A stretch of DNA of 64,000 nt from Klebsormidium nitens (Eukaryota; Plantae; Klebsormidiophyceae), in the NCBI GenBank assembly GCA_000708835.1, contig DF237428.1:7755-71754 (forward strand). Direction: 5' to 3'. This document shows, in pieces, positions 50,801 through 64,000 of this stretch. Made by a program: the position numbers and the translations under genes. The notes beneath the pieces are model-generated. The model had not been told where the DNA came from. It did not search any database and saw only the letters and a program-made list of their open reading frames with translations. Within the stretch, counting starts at the first letter, position 1; every line of letters begins with the position of its first letter.

Positions 50801-52234
50801 CAGTTCGAAGCAATTTGTTATCAAAAAGGTTCAAGAGGGACCTTCATTAGGGGAGACGTCTTTGCAAGCCCGAACAATCGAAGCGGATTTCTGCGTTTAC
50901 GCACTTATACCAGTACTCTACTGTAAGATACAGTATCAAGCTCTCAACCAACGGCAGTATACTCAAAAGCCACCCGTAATATGTGGATATAAGGAGATGG
51001 GCTTATATATAAGCCCACCTCCTTTAGCTGGAATGGCAACGACGTGGCTGTGGGCCCAAACCCAAACAGACCGGCCGCGCCTTGCTCAAAGCCCGCCTGG
51101 AAAGTTGTCGTTCCGAGAAATATGCGGGCTTCCCCGGAGGAGACCCCACCTACCGACACCGTATCCTGAACGTACTTTCCTGCATCATAAGCGGGACGGT
51201 AGATTGAGATTCGTTAGTAAATCCGGTTGCTTGAGGACTTCGAACACAACTTCGAGGATCTAATTGCTCTTGATTGAAGTTGTCGAGGCTTGTGAGGACG
51301 TAATCCCGTTCGTGAGACCTCAGAGCTAGCTCCTTGAAGTTGAGTTCAACCTGCTCGTACATTCCCTCACCCGCAGTCAAATTCTGACGCTTTGAATGGG
51401 AGCATATAAGTTCTTCTATTTAACATGTCGGAGGACGTGGGTCGTTCCTAGTCGTTGCAATCTGCAGATACATTCTTTTACCCAACATTCAGATCCTGTC
51501 GCTTTCAACGGGGACGAAAGCCACTGCCTAGATTCCTTCAAGACACTTGTAATGACAGATTGAGCTTTTGATCTCAAATTACTCGTGAATTATCCATTTC
51601 ATGGCGCTCCGTTTCTCACCATAAAACTCAATAAGAAGCACTTTGTAAACAGATAACTCCAACCTGCCGCGTTGCCGCTCCCAAACCCGATCTCAAACTG
51701 ACACGTGCCGTTCTCCGAATAGCCCCTTCCCAGACAGCCCGTATCTCCTATCCCCCCAGGCGCCGCGCACCGCCCACATGGGGGGTCGGTGACCGCCGTA
51801 CTCGAAACCAGGGGGTCGTATGTCGGCCCCGCGTACGGGCAGCTCGACCCCCCCGAAAAGGGGCTGTTCTGGCACACGCTTGGCCCCGGGCAGGAGGTGC
51901 AGTCTGGCCCCTGAACGAAACATAGACTACTCCCGGTGTCAATGATGACCGGGACATCTACCGGGGGGGTGCCCAGTGATACGTTTACCAGGAACAGGCC
52001 CAGGGGAAGGTTTCCCCCCGAAAGGGGGACGGCTGTGCTGGCGGACCCTCCCTCCACGAAGCTGCTGAAGTAGGCCGCTTTGGCGGCGCTCTGCGATGCG
52101 CTGTGGTGAGGAGGGAAGGGCTGTCGCGCGACCGGAATGGTGATCTGAGCGGAAAGGAATGACAGCTGTCCAAAGAAGAGCGCGAGAAGGAGGAGCAAGG
52201 AGGAAAGAGGCAAGGGGCCGTTTTCCGGCGCCAT
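47863..52234 (-). CDS. Secreted pepsin-like (A1 family, plant atypical/nucellin-like) aspartic protease; 7 exons, about 476 aa
   Basis: Exons: 52234-51664, 51179-51019, 50504-50237, 49909-49798, 49270-49251 (20-nt microexon), 48719-48511, 47952-47863. Signal peptide; catalytic IIDTGSS and IVDS|GTT; GLFGFG; VIGDSFL; VVFDAENSRVGF. The 3' end is uncertain: a GTGAGT donor at 47891 could add a further exon. Confidence 0.88.
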
Positions 52235-54573
52235 GTTTGCTTGTGAAAAGGGTTCTTTCCTCCTCTAGGAGGGTCTTTGTAGGAGTCTTATTTATTTAAG
52301 AGTATAAATCAGGACTGGAAGCAAGTGAAGTAGCGCCAACAAATCTTGCTGGTTGAAGATGCGTAGACTCGTTTTTGCGATGGGACTATCATTCACAAGA
52401 AGCGAAGAGAGTTGCATGAAAGTGCGCCTCTTTATGCTCCTAAAGTCGAAGAGTTGTTGCAGTATGTAAAGTGCTGGTCCGAAATCTTTTGGAAGAAGCA
52501 TGTTACTCGTATTGAGATTGTGCCTCTTCAGCCGAAGCCCACCTCAAGCCCGCGCCATGATGCTTCTTCCCTTACGCGAAAGTGCTGAGACGGAGGGGTC
52601 TTTTGAGCAGTTTTTATCCTGAGCGCCTCTTGTTTGGGATGTTGAATAGCCTTCCACAATGATGAGTGGTTTCTCGCGCGAACTTTTCGCGACGCCCCCA
52701 AGTAAGGGGCCAAGAGAAGCGCACCCCTTACCAGACACGGAAAGCAGTGCCCGTTCCGAACACTCTCCTTGTGCTGGCGGATATCCCGGTTATAATGCAA
52801 AGGGGAGTGAATCAAATCATGTACTTAGCTAGTGAAGCCCGGTAACATCACTCCGTTTGGAGATCCGTTACTACAACCAGGGGAAACCTGAGAGTAACGC
52901 ATGCAGCGCCCAGGAACGACGTGTGTTAGCTGCCCCTTTGTCGTAACCTCCGAACTAACCCAGACTTTAAGGAAACCCCTAACGATCGGGGGCATCGTTC
53001 TTGACGTCCTCCTCACCATATTGATCTATCAATCTGCACACAAGTATCCAGGATACTCGACAACGTGGCAGCGTGCTTGGCTTCACACCTGGCGGGCGAG
53101 CTCACAGATCTTGGGGGGTCTCTTGCTTGACTGCGGTACTATGATTGATCACTGTCAGGATGAGGAAGAAATAAAGCTGAGAATCGTTGCTATTGGTCCC
53201 CATCAAGTGGTCCCCATCAATCGAACCGCCCTGCGTACCATTCGATGTGACTCCTTGCTTACTGTCGGATCATGATCCGCCATCAGCCAAATGCAACGGT
53301 GCAAAAAGCGTAGGTGGAAAAACGCAGATGGCTTATCACATCAGATATTCCCCAATCTTTTCCAAATGGGTATGCTTGTGCCGACTGATTCACAGATGCT
53401 GATCTGTGGTCTCGTTAGGGTGTTGGACCTGAAGAGAAGAGCGTCTATACGACTCTTTACCAAGGCATTCAAAGAGGAGTAGTTTGGGCGGCATCCATGC
53501 ATGCATGGTGCGTTTGCCTGACTCTGGTTGGCGTGTTGACTATGTACGTACGAATCAAAACTTGAGTAGATCTTATACGTAAGATTGACGAATAATTAGC
53601 GTCCCTTAAAGTCGGACATTGCGCGAATTTTCGGCAGCTTGCATGCATGGAAATCCCGGTTCAATCAACAGTGCGGCCAAGGCTTAAGTCACATTGATTG
53701 CAGAGATCGTCTGGCAAAAAGGTGAACGCTAGTCCGACCTGCAGGGCCTGGTACTAATCAGTCAATTAATATATACTGGCGGGTTTGCGCGGCTTGACGA
53801 CTTCAAAATGTCGGGGGTCGTGTTCGCAGGCATCCCGGGCAGAGATCCGGCAGGTGGCCATGCAATCCATACCGATATGACGTAATTCGGTCAAATTGCG
53901 AAGTTCGTATTTGCCATTGCATGCGGCGCATCTCCTCGCTGCCGTAAGTCCACTAGGCTTAGCACTGCGCATTTGGGAGTTCGATCCGACACATCAAGTC
54001 ACCGTGAGCGGGCCTGATTGCATTCAACAAGCACTCGCGTTCTTTATAAGTCGCATATGGAAGTGGCAACGCTTCCTAGCTGTTCGTTTTGCGTCATGTC
54101 CTCCCCTTCAATATATATTTTGCAATCGAATTCATGCTTCTTTGTGAAAGATTCGAAAGATCCATTGTCTGCAGTTCCGGCCGTCTGTCATCTGCAGTCC
54201 ACCCAGGACATCGACGTTGACGTCGCGGTCAAAAACAAGTTACAAAGCAGACTCTTGAAGAGAACGTTTGACATGATCCTCAATCTAGCTGGGCATCACG
54301 TCCCTACGGGATCGCCGCCGACATGCAAAACTGGGTACCCGATACCTTAACGTCAGCAACACGCTTTAAAATCTTGACAATGACACACAACAGGACCTCT
54401 ATAACTTCCGGAAACAACCTCTACACAAGCATACGTGCCTCTTATCCCGCAACCACCCAATGACCCCCAAGGGTTACTCAAAGCGGCGGTCATGTGCTCA
54501 GCTCTACCAGCATGTACTATTCTCAACCAACAACGGTCGACCTCAGGGCAGTCTATAGCGCGCTCCGCACAAT

Positions 54574-63471
<8,898 letters not shown>

Positions 63472-64000
63472 GATTGCGGATGAGCCGATGGGAATCGGTC
63501 AGCAACGAATCAGCAATAGAGCTTCCAGCCAGCGCCTCTGAGAAAGTCTCTAGATACCTTCCCCAAAAAGTTTTGAGGATGAAGGAAGGAGGGATCGTCC
63601 AGGATAGACCCTAGAGAAAGGAATCAGAAAAGGAGCTTTTCAGCAAATATCTTGTATGTTTGCCACATGGCACCATTTCATTCGCGGAGAGTGGGTCCTC
63701 GCTGAGAATCGAACTGAAGATGGGTTTGCTTTTCAGGACTGATCCCTCTGCCTGTAGAGGATGTTCTTCCTAAGTTGGTAACCATCTTCCAGCGACGTTA
63801 CCGCTCCCGCAACAACAACTCATGGCCGTCCGATCTGAATCTTCCACCAAAATCTGTTGAATATTGCGAACGACTGGGGGAAATAGGCAGGGGCCGCTTT
63901 TAGTAAAGTCTGTGACTGGGGGGTGATCGAACACACTCGAATCACCCCCTGGGAAGACACTACGGACTAGTCTACCCTATATACGCACTCGTCTCTATTT

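Noticed and set aside
51150-51380. 76-aa minus-strand ORF in protease intron 1 as an extra exon
   Set aside because: Exon 1 joins 51179 in phase without it; no protease motif.

Overview
Intron-rich eukaryotic genomic DNA with one assembly gap (11045-11563). A flagellar gene sits beside plant-type PFP-beta, an ARAD-like GT47 and a TM-anchored NFXL, with GC3-rich exons. This suggests a flagellate-producing streptophyte green alga, Klebsormidium-like (inference). Seven spliced protein-coding genes were reconstructed by hand using GT/AG sites and phase checks: NFXL1-like (-), CFAP57 (+), a divergent SMC1/4-like ATPase (-), a GT47 exostosin (-), MIC60 (-), an A1 aspartic protease (-) and PFP-beta (-). 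No rRNA, tRNA, CRISPR array or intact transposon was recognised. The main unexplained signal is a set of 'exon echoes'. Many introns of NFXL1, CFAP57 and MIC60 carry tandem partial copies of the neighbouring exon edge, complete with its splice site and intron flank. These often form series that decay with distance from the live exon. The best-preserved echoes cannot extend the reading frame, yet differ from the live exon almost only at synonymous positions (36 of 42 differing codons in five hand-aligned echoes).
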